The position numbers were made by a program, and so were the translations under genes. The notes beneath the pieces were generated by a model that ran no database searches, had not been told where the DNA came from, and saw only the letters and a program-made list of their open reading frames with translations. This document shows positions 1 to 13,625 of a DNA stretch of 64,000 nucleotides, in pieces. Source of the stretch: Tubulanus polymorphus. Lineage: Eukaryota > Animalia > Nemertea. The DNA lies in contig NC_134028.1 in assembly GCF_964204645.1 (NCBI RefSeq), positions 24,610,345 through 24,674,344 on the forward strand, read 5' to 3'. Each line of letters starts with the position of its first letter. Within the stretch, counting starts at the first letter, position 1.

Positions 1-247
1 GAAAATGAAGTTCATTTGTTCAATTTAATTATCATTTAAAAAAACAAATCTTCAATTTTCTTTTCTGCGATGAGACATTTAGGACCCAAATATAGCTATG
101 GCGTAAAAAGGGATCAAAACATTTTGACAAACACTATGTTGAATTTTTCACACTTTTTTCACTCAATTTTCTCAGCAGACATCCATTTGTTACATCAAGT
201 TTACTCGCGCAGATGTAGGTAAGGATAAGTGGTCAACAACAGCTTAC

Positions 248-1235
248 CTTATTCGTTCCTAACATTGTCACTTCTTTATCGACGTCGATGACCTCAGTTA
301 CTGTAACGCTGTGTTCAGGGAAGTCAAACGTTTGACTATCTACGAGATGTTCTACCTCAGGAACCGATCTCTGGTTCTTTATGCTGTGCAGGATCTTCTC
401 TTTATACTAAATAAATGAATAAATAAATACAAAACTCAATTTCATAATTTTTGATAACTTCAACTTTAAAATTGATCTCCAGTTGGGATTTGCTTGAAAA
501 TGAAAAGTAAACTAAACAATTTTAACTACCTCTATCATAGACCTATGTCCCAGACAGACCCACATTTGTATCATTATCTTTTTTACCTCTTGCTTGATTT
601 TCTTTTTTTCATCTTTCAACTTTTGTATCATTTGCTCCTGAGCTTTTTTGCGTCGTTCCGTTTTCCTTTTTTGAAAACCGGTCAAGAACTCCCTGTATAT
701 AGAGAAAAAAAGAAAATAGTGGGTCAGACTCTGAAAGCATCGGGTCCAGTGATCGGTAGGCCTACCAGAATCTTTGTCTCTAGTAAGTATAGAGTCTGTA
801 TGCGTGATGTATATATATATATATATATATACAGGGATACGTGGATGCATCTGATACTGGTTTCATCCATTCACTATATCACTATGAGAGATCTATCAAA
901 AATGTGACAAGCTCCTGTGAGATGGATCGGAATATAAATTTACCAGTGGAATATAATTTGTAAAACAATTCTTTATGCTTGTACTTGTTATGAATTTTTC
1001 ACCTTGGCTCAATTGAAATCAACAACTTTCGTTATCTTGTAATTGATGATATGAAGTAATTTGTATTGAATTGAATATTTTGATTGTATTGTTGATGTAC
1101 TTGGACACGTATTTTTAATGATTTAATCGAGTTCACAGTTACATTCGAAAATAAAACTCACACTCTTGCTTTGTCATCGAATACTAAATGCAGTTGGTTT
1201 TTCTTCTTGGCCGCTTTATTCGCCCTTTTGCCCAT
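248..1235 (-). CDS. NOL12: Nucleolar protein 12 (RRP17 family), 5' part; exons 1162-1235, 587-692, 248-406; continues past the left edge
   Basis: The spliced translation MGKRANKAAKKKNQLHLVFDDKARV-EFLTGFQKRKTERRKKAQEQ...QTFDFPEHSVTVTEV matches the NOL12 signatures F-D-x-x-x-R-x-E-[FY]-LTGF-x-KRK and the later HTVTVT-like motif. GT-AG introns have consistent phases. Confidence 0.9.
810..831. repeat. (TA)n microsatellite
   Basis: Run of tatata... in NOL12 intron 1. Confidence 0.9.
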
Positions 1236-2120
1236 ATTTTTACTTTATCTGTTTATTTTTTCTACCGATATTTAGTCACTAGTGACATCTATAGGCGTGT
1301 ATGTAGTTTAGCAAATTCAAATCTTGTTTCTATATTGATCATTAACTTTCGCGGGCCACCCGCCGCCTCCGAGGTGTCCGTTTCACGAAATATTTAAACT
1401 CGAATCTTAGCCGCTCTTATTGATTACTTCATACTATTAAAGTGTAGCAACTTACGTCACATAGGGCCTTACCGTTTCAAGTGAAGCACATTTTCTGAGG
1501 AGTTGCCGCCGAAGATCCCAGCGCCCGCCGACGGTGAAACTTCGTGTGTGCCCCAAAAGTAGTGAAAAAACAACAACTAGGAGAATAGGTTTCATCAAAT
1601 GAAGGTTTGATTGTATATTTTCGAAACCACGGACACGTCACTGTTGTTTTAGTTGGGGGAGGGTGTAATTTCTACGTAGGCGCCATGGTCTGCCGGGTCC
1701 CAGTTCTGTATCCATTAATCATTGAAGGAAAATAAATGGGCCCGGTTTGGGATATAGGACACCCAGGTCGGAGAAGAGCGAACGAATTTTTTTTCGATAA
1801 GATACTATGAAATAGAAATCAGCGAGTAAAACCGGTTCACTACCTTGACTTACAGAAAATTGAGCATTCAAGTTCTTGCAGGCGCTTTTCGGGCAAACAA
1901 TGTATATTTTGGTTGAATTCCCACGACATAAATCGATATCTTGTCAACTAATAAATTTAACACGGTGTATAATGTTGAATTTTGGAAATGTTTAACTTGC
2001 AATATATATATGAGGCGTCTGCAGGCACAAACGCGAGCGCTGAGAAAAAGTTTTGATTTATCCAATGGTTTTATTGAAATTTGAAGATTTCGTAGGATTA
2101 AACAGATATTGTTTTTTAAG

Positions 2121-2666
2121 ATGAATATTTCTACGACGACGACGCAAAACATGACATCGACGACAACGGTCACTGTTTATCCTACGTCATTCTATAACCC
2201 ACGAGGAGCGGCGATCTTCACTGTTTCTGTCATCACCGTCTACGCCTTTTCGATCATTGCGATGTTGACTTTCTCCCTGTTGAGCAGAGGGAATAAAGAT
2301 AAGCGGTATAATCACGAACTCGACTGCGAAGTCGACCTCTATTTCCGAGATTTAAAGATGGAAAAAGATCGTTGGATTCGAGCCCAACGGAGCGCTCAAA
2401 AATGGAAAATATTGCGCCAAGTGAGCAGTGCGTCTGCGACGGGCGACGTGGAATCAGGAGAATTCGGATATAGAAACTCGGCTTTTGAAGAAGAAGGAGA
2501 GCGCCAACAACACCGCGAATACGTGGTGGTTTTTGAAAAAGCGACGACAAACAGCGACGATGTCGTCGAAACCGATAACCGTTCACACAAAACTGAAGTT
2601 CTAGTTCATACACAGAAGACAGCGACGTTTGATACTGAAATAATGACAGAAACGACGCATCTTTGA
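2121..2666 (+). CDS. Small single-pass membrane protein (181 aa), KCNE/MinK-like topology; single coding exon
   Basis: ATG at 2121 follows a pyrimidine tract + AG (ttttttaag|ATG). Thr-rich N-terminus with N-glycosylation sequons (NIS, NMT), no signal peptide, one hydrophobic helix (AAIFTVSVITVYAFSIIAMLTFSLL), then a basic juxtamembrane segment and D-x-x-V-x-x-Y. Confidence 0.75.
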   Translation: MNISTTTTQNMTSTTTVTVYPTSFYNPRGAAIFTVSVITVYAFSIIAMLTFSLLSRGNKDKRYNHELDCEVDLYFRDLKMEKDRWIRAQRSAQKWKILRQVSSASATGDVESGEFGYRNSAFEEEGERQQHREYVVVFEKATTNSDDVVETDNRSHKTEVLVHTQKTATFDTEIMTETTHL

Positions 2667-3910
2667 TGAATGTTTTCTTCTTTGAAATGAAAATATTGTA
2701 TCTTAGAGAATCCGCGAAAACCATTGAGAAAAAACGCTGTGTCCACGATTCCAAATTGAGATTAATTTGTACAGGTGATTATTCAGTGCTTGGTTTTTTG
2801 TTCATTTCATGCTCAAAATGTTTTAATTCAGTATACATTGTACGCAGTATTTTTCGCTGTTTTTTATTACGGATTTTCAGTACAAAAATGATCGTGCTTG
2901 TTGATTATTTCTATACTATATTCTATATTGATATAAATACTTTAAATTACAAGACAAATTTCCAATTTATTCGGTAAAGTCGTTGAATATAATAACTTCA
3001 TGGCCTTTTAATGGATGCGATAAACACTGCTTGCATCATTAAGGTCTCTTCTTAAATTCTCCTCTTGTTGTTGTTGGCTATAGTAAATTTTTACTAATGG
3101 CCGCGACGTTTACGGAGAAATCATAACAAACCTCGCCGCATTCCGCAGGCAATAATCAAACAGAGATGTTTATCGGTTGAGAACAATGAAACATATTTCT
3201 GATCTTATTATGCTTATGAAATTGATATACGCGTATATAGGTCTTAATGTTTAGACCTCATGGACGAGTCAATTATAGGTCCATGATATATTGGACTTTC
3301 ATAAGCACCTCCCTCGTCGTCGTCTATAGTTTCGGCCTGATCGACAAAGAGAAATATCAAAAATTGAGAAACTACACGTACAATTGAACAAAAAAAATAT
3401 CCCCGAAACTGTTGGAAAATATACACTTTTCCATATCTACGGTGGGTTTTTATTTGTTAACTGAGATTAATATCAGTTTATCGACATGTAGGCCCTATAA
3501 CGACGAAGACCAGTAGAATGTGGTTGGGATAATAGTTTCTTAGATGTAGATGATCAATCAGATTTTCTTCAAAAATGCAAAACATTTGTTTCATCAAACC
3601 GAAAACACGTTTTTGTTGTAAAACGTTTTGAATGAAAGTTTTACCCGCAGCGATAAAACGTCAAACGCACACGGCGTAACAAAACACGTTGAAAACGCTT
3701 TTTCACGGTGAAAAAAAACTTTTTCTCTTTGCCGTGTGCGTAGAGCTCAAGTGTCTCCGTTTAATCGGTATTTTTACGAAAATTAGTGACATAAAAGATG
3801 ACTTTTCCAAAATCGTATTTTTTCTGGAAATAAGAACGAAAAGAAGATCGGTGGTACTGACGCCAAAACTGGATATCTCAACGGAGGTAAAAACCCCTCT
3901 ACATTGAGGC

Positions 3911-3969
3911 AACAAACCGCTACATCGGGGAAACAAACCGCTACATCGGGGAAACAAACCGCTACATCG
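3911..3969. repeat. 21-bp tandem repeat, ~3 copies
   Basis: Unit aacaaaccgctacatcgggga is directly visible. Confidence 0.9.
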
Positions 3970-5531
3970 ACAAATAAACTAAGAAAATATTTTGTACATA
4001 ATACGGTATTTTCCATAACCAAAGTTACACATATATATATTATTGTTATTTACACAATCATCAATAAACGCAAATACTTTCCAATTTCGTTTACGCAAAA
4101 ATAATGTGACATCTTTGTTCTATTTTGAAAATTTATTTCTAATTCTAATCTTTCTAATCTATAAATTGGATATTCCGAAATTTGTATATGGTAATGAATT
4201 GAAAAAAAAACATGTGAATCGAAATATGATAAATAAGAAAAAATGAAGATATTATAATGTACATTTGTATTACATTCGTTGCTAAACAATAAATCTTTCT
4301 TTCTTTATCCCGAATCTTATGGCGAACAAACCAAATTAACCAAAATTTTTATGCGATCCCGTTAGAATTAAAATCGATCTTATAATTTCGAGACTTAAAA
4401 TTGATGAAGGGGATATAAAGAAAAATATATAAAACAGATTTCTACAGATAACGTGATCATAATCGGATATTTTCTGACTCAAAATCGGCTGCTCTATTTT
4501 AGCCATAAAATTAGTCACCAAAATGTTGGATGATTTCCGCGGATAGCAAGTTTTATTTACCCCTAGCATTTAGATAATTTCTTGTTTATTCGTAGGAGGG
4601 TTTTTTCCGCAGAATTATCATCGAGATTACTACGAACTTCTGATCAACGAACAACAATTAACTGTTAGATTATATTTACACACGACAAAAAAATCAGCCC
4701 ATAATTTTGAGAGGCTGTAAACATGTTTATTTTACGTTAATCCCACGTTTCACGTCGCTATAAACCCGACGTACGGCGGCAGAAACCGACGGTAAGTGCT
4801 TCACGGAAAATCCTTCCCCCATAAACACGAGCGGTTAATACGAAAGATTGTGCTAATAACTTTGCTAATAACTGACTGAGTTTTACACGGGTATATAACG
4901 ACTAAAGTGATCTTTTCCATATGTTTCTTATATTCATAAAGTTTTAGTACACGTAGTTACAACACGGGAACGGTTAATTCCACACGTTTTTCGATCGTTC
5001 TGCCGCGATAAACACTTGATCGAATTTACACTCGATCATCGAATCTAAATTCGATTGATTATGTAAGCACAGATTGGCAGTTATTCCAAACATGCATTTC
5101 TAATGCGAGTCGACAAGGCGGCGGCCGTTCGGTTTATAATTCAATTTGCCGCACGCATTCTTTAACGGTTATCAATATTCAAACCTCTCGACGGGAGGGA
5201 CGCCGGCCGCGCAAAACACTTTTTAAATCTGTCGAATACGAGACTGTACTCGTTACAGGAAAAAAAATTCACACTGTTTTTTTCCCATCTAATTCGTATA
5301 CATTAGATTTCCATTAACCATAGAACGATTTTTAATAAAATGTCGATGTTTACAAATTCTACTCGATTAGTATAAAATTCTTCCATTTTCATTTTTCGGT
5401 TATTATTGATTAGAATGAATCGAATGTTGTGTACGGGCTCCATTCACCGATAAACTGTTTTTGAAAAGTTCACGACGAACAAACCTTTCGTCCATTTTTA
5501 CGTATAACGATAAATCCCATGATTTCCCCTT

Positions 5532-6335
5532 TCAACAAGAACAAAAACATTCGGCAATAACCGGATAGGGAACTTTGAGCCATTTGCAGCGAACTTCGCG
5601 AGGATGGTCTTCGTTATCTCCGTCACGTAGACGCCGTTTCGAGTAGATATTCCTGAACCCTCTGACCCTCGAACGGCGACGGGGCAGCGACAATCGACAA
5701 TGCCATCTGAGAATGTAAACCGTATGGCTATCAACCGGGATACATCGCATACCGGCCGGCCATGAACACGGGGTACCGTTGTCGCATTCGCCCTTTTTCA
5801 CCCATCGTGGCCAGTACAACTCGCCTACGTCGTGCCATCTGAAATGTACCGGGCACGATGCTTTGCGGATGAGCCAATCCTTGAATACGTTTACCAACTG
5901 CGGTTGCGGTTGAAACGTCGATCCTGTCGGGTCTTGGAAGGTAAAATTCAGATCGCGCAGAGCTTGTCGTAGCATGGGATCGGTTTTGTAGGCGATGCCG
6001 CTGTTTTGTTTGAATTCGAGAACGTTCGGTCGATCTATCGACATCCATTCCGCGTTATAATCCTCGCCCAAAACTCGTAGCAAACGTTTTTCGCGTAAAT
6101 TTCGTTTCTTCGGTTTAAAACGATGGAAATCGATGACCGGTTCTAGATCGCGACTGCGCGATCGACGACCGCCGCCGCTTTTCATTTTTTTATCCGGTAC
6201 CAGAACATGAGGAAGCGGCCCTGCGATGTTATTCCCCGGTTTCGGTGGCGGCGGTGGAGGAGGTTCCGCGAGAACGTCCAACCACCAAATACAAACGATA
6301 CAAAATAAAACTGGTAAAACCTTATCCAAAGCCAT
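5532..6335 (-). CDS. nog: Noggin-like secreted cystine-knot protein (267 aa), intronless
   Basis: Signal peptide; LREKRLLRVLGEDYNAEWMS; CPVHFRWHDVGELYWPRWVKKGEC; CSWPAGMRC; LRWHC; CKWLKVPYPVIAECFCSC. All nine noggin cysteines are present. Confidence 0.95.
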   Translation of the reverse strand: MALDKVLPVLFCIVCIWWLDVLAEPPPPPPPKPGNNIAGPLPHVLVPDKKMKSGGGRRSRSRDLEPVIDFHRFKPKKRNLREKRLLRVLGEDYNAEWMSIDRPNVLEFKQNSGIAYKTDPMLRQALRDLNFTFQDPTGSTFQPQPQLVNVFKDWLIRKASCPVHFRWHDVGELYWPRWVKKGECDNGTPCSWPAGMRCIPVDSHTVYILRWHCRLSLPRRRSRVRGFRNIYSKRRLRDGDNEDHPREVRCKWLKVPYPVIAECFCSC

Positions 6336-9300
6336 GATTGAGACACAAGTTTTACGTCGACATCAGGATGGAGATAGTATCCCTCGTGTAATACGCTTTA
6401 TACGCGTTAAAAACTAAATGAAACACGGCTCGAAAATCAGAGCGCTCCGAACAACAACTGCTGGTGTTTAGTAAATGGTGCGCCAACTGTGTGAACAATC
6501 TTCCTCAAACTACCAACCGCAGACGCGTTTCTGATCTGCGCATCAAACTGTTTGCGCATATACTAATGTACACGCACACACGTTTACCCTGGTCCGATTT
6601 ACTTCCGAGTCAACATTCTTTGAATGGCAGAACATTTGAGAATCTGCTTACTCCTTATAGCCTATAAACAAATATATATACGATTCACATTTGCGGAGAA
6701 ATATCCGGTTTTTATGTAAACGCGATGTGAAATGAGATTTTTTTTCGATAATTTTTGAATTGACGGCCCACTATCGATTCGTCTCTACGTATAAATGTAT
6801 GCACAATGTATTAGAGGAAAGGAATCTAATGGGATATATACACTTCGATACCGGAAACCTTAAGGAGCTGATAACCTCAAGCGCAGGCCACTGCTATAAA
6901 ATGTTCCAAATCGCTATTCATGTCAAGTAGTATGCAAATCGATGATTCATTGGAAGGTTGATCAATCATTTAATGCAGATTTTAAATGTTTCCATAAAAT
7001 GTCAAAATTAATTGAGTGGGTTACATTTTTGGAAATATCCACGTTAGAATGAGTGCTGGGCCACTGTTATCAATCTGATTTATTCTTTTACACCAAAACT
7101 CGGTATTTGGTATTTGACGGTTTATTGCACCTGGAGGAGTCATTCTCTTGATAGAAATGAGGGATAAACTGCGCGGCGATGTTGGCGCCGGTACAAAAAT
7201 GATTTTGAGGAGAATTTGTCATCGAATCCACAACAAACCACTCGACGGAAATCGAGGGCACTTGAGGCTATTTGTCGAACCGCGAACAAACCTTCTAAAT
7301 TCCGGGTAAAAGTTACGCCACTGTAAATATACCGTTAAATAAGTGTCGGGTCGGGTTACAGGAATAATATTAACCGAAAGGATGAGAGATAAAATGGAGA
7401 CACCGACTGGGAAGAAGTCACGTACGATTTCAAAGTGGGACTGATTGAAGACTGAATGGAGACGCACTCTAAGCTTCATGAAGCTGACATTCCAGTTGCA
7501 AAACATCTTCAGTTACCTTTCGAAGGCGTTCTTGTAACTCTACAATCTTACATCAAAACCAAAAGATTTCATTGGTGGTAGAGAATTTTAAAAATTTGAT
7601 CGACTTGAAAAGTTTAGAGAGGGATCAACATTTATTCACCACACTGATTTGGAGTAAAACAGAGTATATTATATATAGATTGGAACTTTCGTATTCAGGA
7701 GCTATCTCCTCAATTTATTTTTTGAATCATATCTCTTTGCGAATCACCGGTAAACTCGGTCCGACAGTGAAGTGTTTTCTAAACACGAATTCGACATACA
7801 TTCGATAGTAAATCAAATAAAACGGAATGATTTTATATCAGTGACCCCCGATGATGGTATGTATACGTGCAGCTAGTGGTAAAGACAAGCGACATGCAAT
7901 ACGTGATTTTCAACAAGTTTGCCTATTATTTGAAGACAAATGATTCAAATGACTGATGTATTGCCGGTAATCGAGGAATTGATAAAACACGAATTAGACC
8001 CTTGGTATCTCGTTCTATTTGCATAAAGTAAAAACTAATTTTTGTTCTATTTGATTTGATGTTATCGACAGAACTTTCGTAGACAAGCATTTTGTTGATA
8101 GTTCGTCGAGACTCCATTCACTCCACGCGTGAGGAGAGTTTATGTTTGTTTTTTTAAAAGGCATATTTTTTTGTGTCAACGGTAAAACGATCCGCGTAAT
8201 AATGGAACATTGCCGTCGATCTGACTGAAATCAAACATGATCTAAAGGCGGAACTCAGCGGTGGCGATCATTTTTTTCTTTAATTTCCATCGTCGAAATG
8301 ATTTCTGATCGCAGCACGAGATCGGGAAAGCAATTATCAGCGACAGGAACAAGCGACGAGTCGAAATTCCAGGGGGTACCGGTGATATTTACAATTCTAC
8401 CGCGCATAACATCATTCTATATCCATCTTCATGCAGTAAAAAAAAAACACGTGTATTAAGAGCAAAGAAATAGATTAAATCTGGCAATAACACCTGGTTC
8501 TGGGTACGCAGTATGGGTTGTTCCGACCGGCTCCGAATTACATGTTTGACTATACCCCGAGTTTCAGTGTGTGTGTGATCTATGTGAGAGTACAAACAGC
8601 CAGTGAACAAGTTACAAACACGAGCTAACAAAAACTGCGGTAAACATTCGCGGTTTAAGCTTTCAACTTTTCTCGCCCTCAACGTGCTAATCACGTCAAA
8701 CCAGGTGTAAATGTGAGGTTTATATTTTTCGCTTTTTTGATCATCCATGAAGAAAAATTGCAGTGGGTACCGAACTATTACTCTAAACGCGTGGAGAACC
8801 TTTTCCGAGATCAAGCGGACAGACAACCTGGCTAGGGGTTTAACTGGAGTTTTGGTTGAATATGACACAAGGTGAATTAGTTCATTTTGAATGAATGACA
8901 GTCAAATCTGTTACGTTTTTGCGGTAGAAATGTTTATGTTGTTATAGTGAATAGATATCATTTGACAACCAGTTATCCCCCCCTGACTGGTCACCAAAGC
9001 TAAATGGTCACGCTACATCTTATGGCCAGGCCCGTAGCCAAGCCATGTCTTACTTGGGTGGGTGATTGTCATGAAAGTGGAACTATTTGTAAGGTATACC
9101 CACACGCTTATGTCGGGTCCTGAGAATACTCGTGCACAGAATTTCTGAAAATGCATGCAAAGAGAAGTAATATCACAACTTCTAGAATATTTGGGGTGAA
9201 AATAATGCTTCTTTTCCTTATAATTTGGCCTCAAACCAAGTTAGTTTGGAAGTATGTGCGTATCTTGAGCGAAAACGAATGAAAAAGTGAACTACTAATG

Positions 9301-10905
9301 AGCGAATATTTTGTAATCGATACTCAAATTTTCTTAACTTCGCCGCAATGAGCGAGGGGGTTCGTTCCCTAAATACGGGCCTGATGGTACAGTGCTTACA
9401 TTAATTTTGATGTTGCAGATTGCCTTGAGAAAACCAGTGAAATTAATGCGAATTTCTCAATCTTTGTTCTTGAAAATTCCTGACTATACGGCCCTGGTTA
9501 TTCGCGCAGTTGGGGGTTAGGAATAGTTGAGAGCACGTTTCAATACATTTAAATCTGAAATGTTGAATTAATGGATATCGTTGAAAATCTGGTTGAAGAA
9601 CGATGTAGTAATAAAACTGATGGAATGGAATCCTCCACAGTTCACCAACTTTCTTCTCTATAGTTCTCATGTATTCATATCCTATGATGACTGATCTACT
9701 CAGCACCTCAAGACTTCAACAAAGTTGATGAGTAGTTAAACTGATAAAAACCGAAATTCTTGTGGAAAATAACCGTGAAAATGCGCATATATAACGAGTT
9801 GTGTAATGCATCACACTCAAAAGCTGTACTCCGAGAAATATTACTTTTATCTACTAACACATCACACGCCATCCACGAGATGTTTAACAAGTGAAAAATA
9901 TCGATGATAAAAAATCTCGTGAATCCGGTGTTTTTTACGGAATGATGAAACTAAGCAACTGTATAGCGAGCAAATTCGTTCACTCATGCGCAAGATGCAA
10001 ACATCGCTTTGTCAGAAAAAAATCCATGGCCATTGGATTGCATGTACGATAGATACTATACGATTGATGACGGTGAAAGCCGCGTTGAGTTGAACAGTTG
10101 TAAATGTTTCAAATTTAAAAATAAACGGTTTTCCTAAAAAATCGAATTCGAGTTTAGATTGATGACTGTGATACAGTATAAAACCCGGGGGAGCGATAAA
10201 AATACGAGCATATTTCAAATTCGGCAGGTTTCTATTGCGCAATTACTACCGGTCGATTCCATCAGGTTTACAGATTGCTATTCAAGAATAGGTAGAGCCA
10301 AAAATTCACAGTCTTTACAGGGTCCCTACATATCAGTCATTCCTGGATATACCGAGTTTTTAAGGAGTAAATTTCATATTTCGGAGCACCACTTTCATAT
10401 ATTCCTCCTAAATCGGTACTGTTAATCTCTGTAAGCATTCAACTGTGGTTTTGTAAGCAAAATGTTTATCCCCAAATTCATTTTCTAATTTGGCAACCGC
10501 CTAATATGGTAAAAACAAATCCCATTTTTTCAAAATTCAAGTAGTTTCAGGCATCTTGCTTTTTTATGCCATCTCCACAACGAAATTGACGTTTCAAAAC
10601 GATAAACAAACAAGTCGGTATTTAAAGCATTATAAGTTATTTCAATTATTTTTATTTTCTTTCAATAATCATAATTTAATCGGCATTTATTCATCATACA
10701 TTATATATATATATATACATACATACAGATCTCGGGAAGATCACAGCGAAATACATACTACAATATTATAGTAGAAACTCCCGTTTAATACAATGAAATT
10801 CATCCGGGATTATGACGAAATACATTGAACGAAAAAGAAAGATGATGAAAGAAACAGTCGGTATATAATATATTGATACTTAGCCGCGATCACATAAGCA
10901 TTTTA

Positions 10906-11135
10906 GGCCCGGACCAACTGTTCACACGGGTGCCAAATGGGACGTGCCTGTTTTGCCCCAAACAAAAACGTCGCACCAGGCCCGAGCCAAATTTTAGGAT
11001 GGGTCAGATTATTGCGTGTGAATCGCAACTAGTTCTGGAAGTGACCGACTTCGCTTTGTTTAGTATCGAGTGAGTGGGTTTACATGTCGACGCTCTTTAA
11101 TTTGGCAATTTGACTCAATCCTGGTCCGGACCAAA
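10906..11135. mobile_element. Dispersed non-autonomous repeat (related copies ~11757-11850 and ~39998-40200)
   Basis: Shared blocks ttcacacgggtgccaaa...aaaaacgtc..accaggcc.gagccaaat...gggtca.attatt...gagtgag.gg.tttacatgt seen in several places. Confidence 0.7.
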
Positions 11136-13236
11136 TCATCTCCGCGTGATCGCGGCTACGTTTAGAAAAGCTACGAACCTATGGAATCACTATCATTTAT
11201 ATCATTCGAATTCATTGGAAAACATTATTAACCTTTTTACATTTTTTCATTCTTCATATAAAAATCAGTCACCCGATTTTTTTCAAAATTCATGCATGCG
11301 ACAAACAGCGTTTACGATTGGATGACCGCGTTCACCGAGCCCCTTACGACATCAATCATTGCATTTGTGACTGATTTAATCTCGTAGTTAGTTGAGGAAT
11401 GAATCCGGCGGCTCTCAGGGAGATTTATTGAGGCAGTCATCTATTCTGGACGAGTCACTATCGTACTCGAAATAACAAACATTTGCTATCACAAGATATA
11501 AATAAGGCTAAATCCTTATTGTTAAATTCTATCTACCGAATATATACACACATCATGTCGTTACATATCCTTAGCCTAGTCGAAAATTGAAAATAAACCT
11601 ATTGAATATCAACGAGCTACGAGTATTTCCGTAGTAAATTCAATATTATGCTGAAAGGTTTTCAAAAATGAATGGAATGATAACTACCGGTATTTCACTA
11701 TAATTTGTGTGCCTACAGCTGAGATCGAACTAGCATTTTTGTTCAGGGCTAATTATTGTTCACACAGGTTTCGACACTGGCCACATTTGGCCCAGCCAAA
11801 AACGTCGGACCAGCCCCCGGACGGGTAAAATTATACCGCGTGAAAGCTTAAGACATTCCGTGACTCAACTTGCTTGACACAGCATCATCTTAATAGTATT
11901 TAAGTTAGATTACTCCAAGGTGTGAGTGGTTTATGCGTGAACACACTCTAATTAGCAGGGGCCAGATTTGACTGAAGTCAGATCTGTGTCAGTTTTAGCG
12001 ATCATCTGCATGCAACTAACCAGTACAAGGGAGCCCCGGTATAGGCCTACCCCAGAGTTCCAAACCACCAGTACTAAACCGAGGGGTGTAAATATATTCT
12101 ACACATAAATGATAAGATTGACAAACTGTTTTAGATCTAAAACAGTTGAAATAGAATCAGTTTACAGAATTGCATTTCAACTCGAATCCGTAGAACTGGG
12201 TCCTGGTCAACTGGAGGACACTCGAGCTTTTGTTCGACTACAACCCAAAAAACAGAAAAAAAATCTCTAACAATTTCTAACCCGAGACAATGAGCTTTTT
12301 CTGCGATTTTCTTTTTAAAAAACACATCTCTCTTTCATTCGCATACAATCAACTCAGCTATGAGCAATACTGATAACACAGAGATTGGTTATAGTTAAAC
12401 AACTATTTGCATTTTTAATCAAACCACAACACATTTGAGCCAGCTTGGTTTATTTAACCTACCAGTCAGTGTTAGCGGTCAGTCCATGAGATCATAATAC
12501 ACTATATATACACTAATATATCGATACAACTACAAATATGGCAACACACTAACCAACCCCCTGTCCTGACTCCCATTCAGAACAGGTAGAATTTGAGCTA
12601 GTACCCTGCTGGTAAAATTCCCCAGTTCCTGAGGATTCAATCATATTGAACCTCAAGTTTACTGTATATGAATTTGTCCCCCCAAGGCCCGAGTCCGATA
12701 CAAGTCAAAATAGTGCACACTATTGTCACTGAACTGCACTATAATCGTATCCATATACACGAATACATGCACTATTTTCTGCTTTTATTTGACTCGGGTA
12801 AAATCGGCTTCCATGAAATTCATTCTTATCCTAAAATTTGTGTTACGAATAAATCATTACGAAAATACATTCGGAGAAAATGCTGCTGCCGTCTGACGTT
12901 GTTTTCAACTTGATTTTCAGTATTTTATGGACACACTATATCAAGAGTATATATATAATATACTACAATATACAATGACAACGATAAAACTGTGTAAAAA
13001 AATTCACATTCATTTCACAAAACTAAAATGCCCATTTATTCTCACATCAAGCACGAGGCCATTCATGAAGTTTACACACTCAAAATACAGATTTCTGACC
13101 CCCCTCCTTGTAGATGCATAGGTACTAAATGAATGGCCCGGCAACATTCTGTTCCCAGTTCAACAGTTGTAGGTCTAAGTTTGACTCCAGGGTTAAAACA
13201 TAGAAAATCACATACTTTCAATAAAATATGAAACTA

Positions 13237-13343
13237 GGGCCAGTTCCATAGTTGAGACTTAAGTTCAAAAGCGTCTTAACTCACAAAACTGATTTCAAGT
13301 TCTTAGATTGGCTATAGAACTAAGACGGAATTAAATCTAAGCC
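13237..13343. mobile_element. Short MITE family with GG(C/T)CC(A/G)GTTCCAC-type termini (other copies ~18228-18310, 19484-19570, 47182-47300, 55828-55910)
   Basis: Imperfect terminal inverted repeats ..ccagttcca.agtt / aactgtggaac.gg.cc recur across the window. Confidence 0.65.
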
Positions 13344-13625
13344 ATGACAATGGAACAGGCCCCAGAATTCTGATTTGACGACTGGCATCTCAATACACAC
13401 TTCTATTAGTCTAAGCACTTAAACTTCATGGAACAATGATATATTGTTGTTGTCTTAAACTTTGATTTTGATCGCCAAAGTTCAAACGGTTTATAGTTCG
13501 AAAATGTGACACTACGCCATCATTCAAACTGACGAACAGCGAACATGCTCCGAACAGCGTCATACGCTAGCTCCAGTTTTGATGTTCGTTTTTGTTCGCC
13601 TCGCGGATGAGTTTCGTCGCGTTCG

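Noticed and set aside
8389-8868. 159-aa ORF upstream of noggin
   Set aside because: Non-ATG start, no recognisable domain, composition typical of intergenic DNA.
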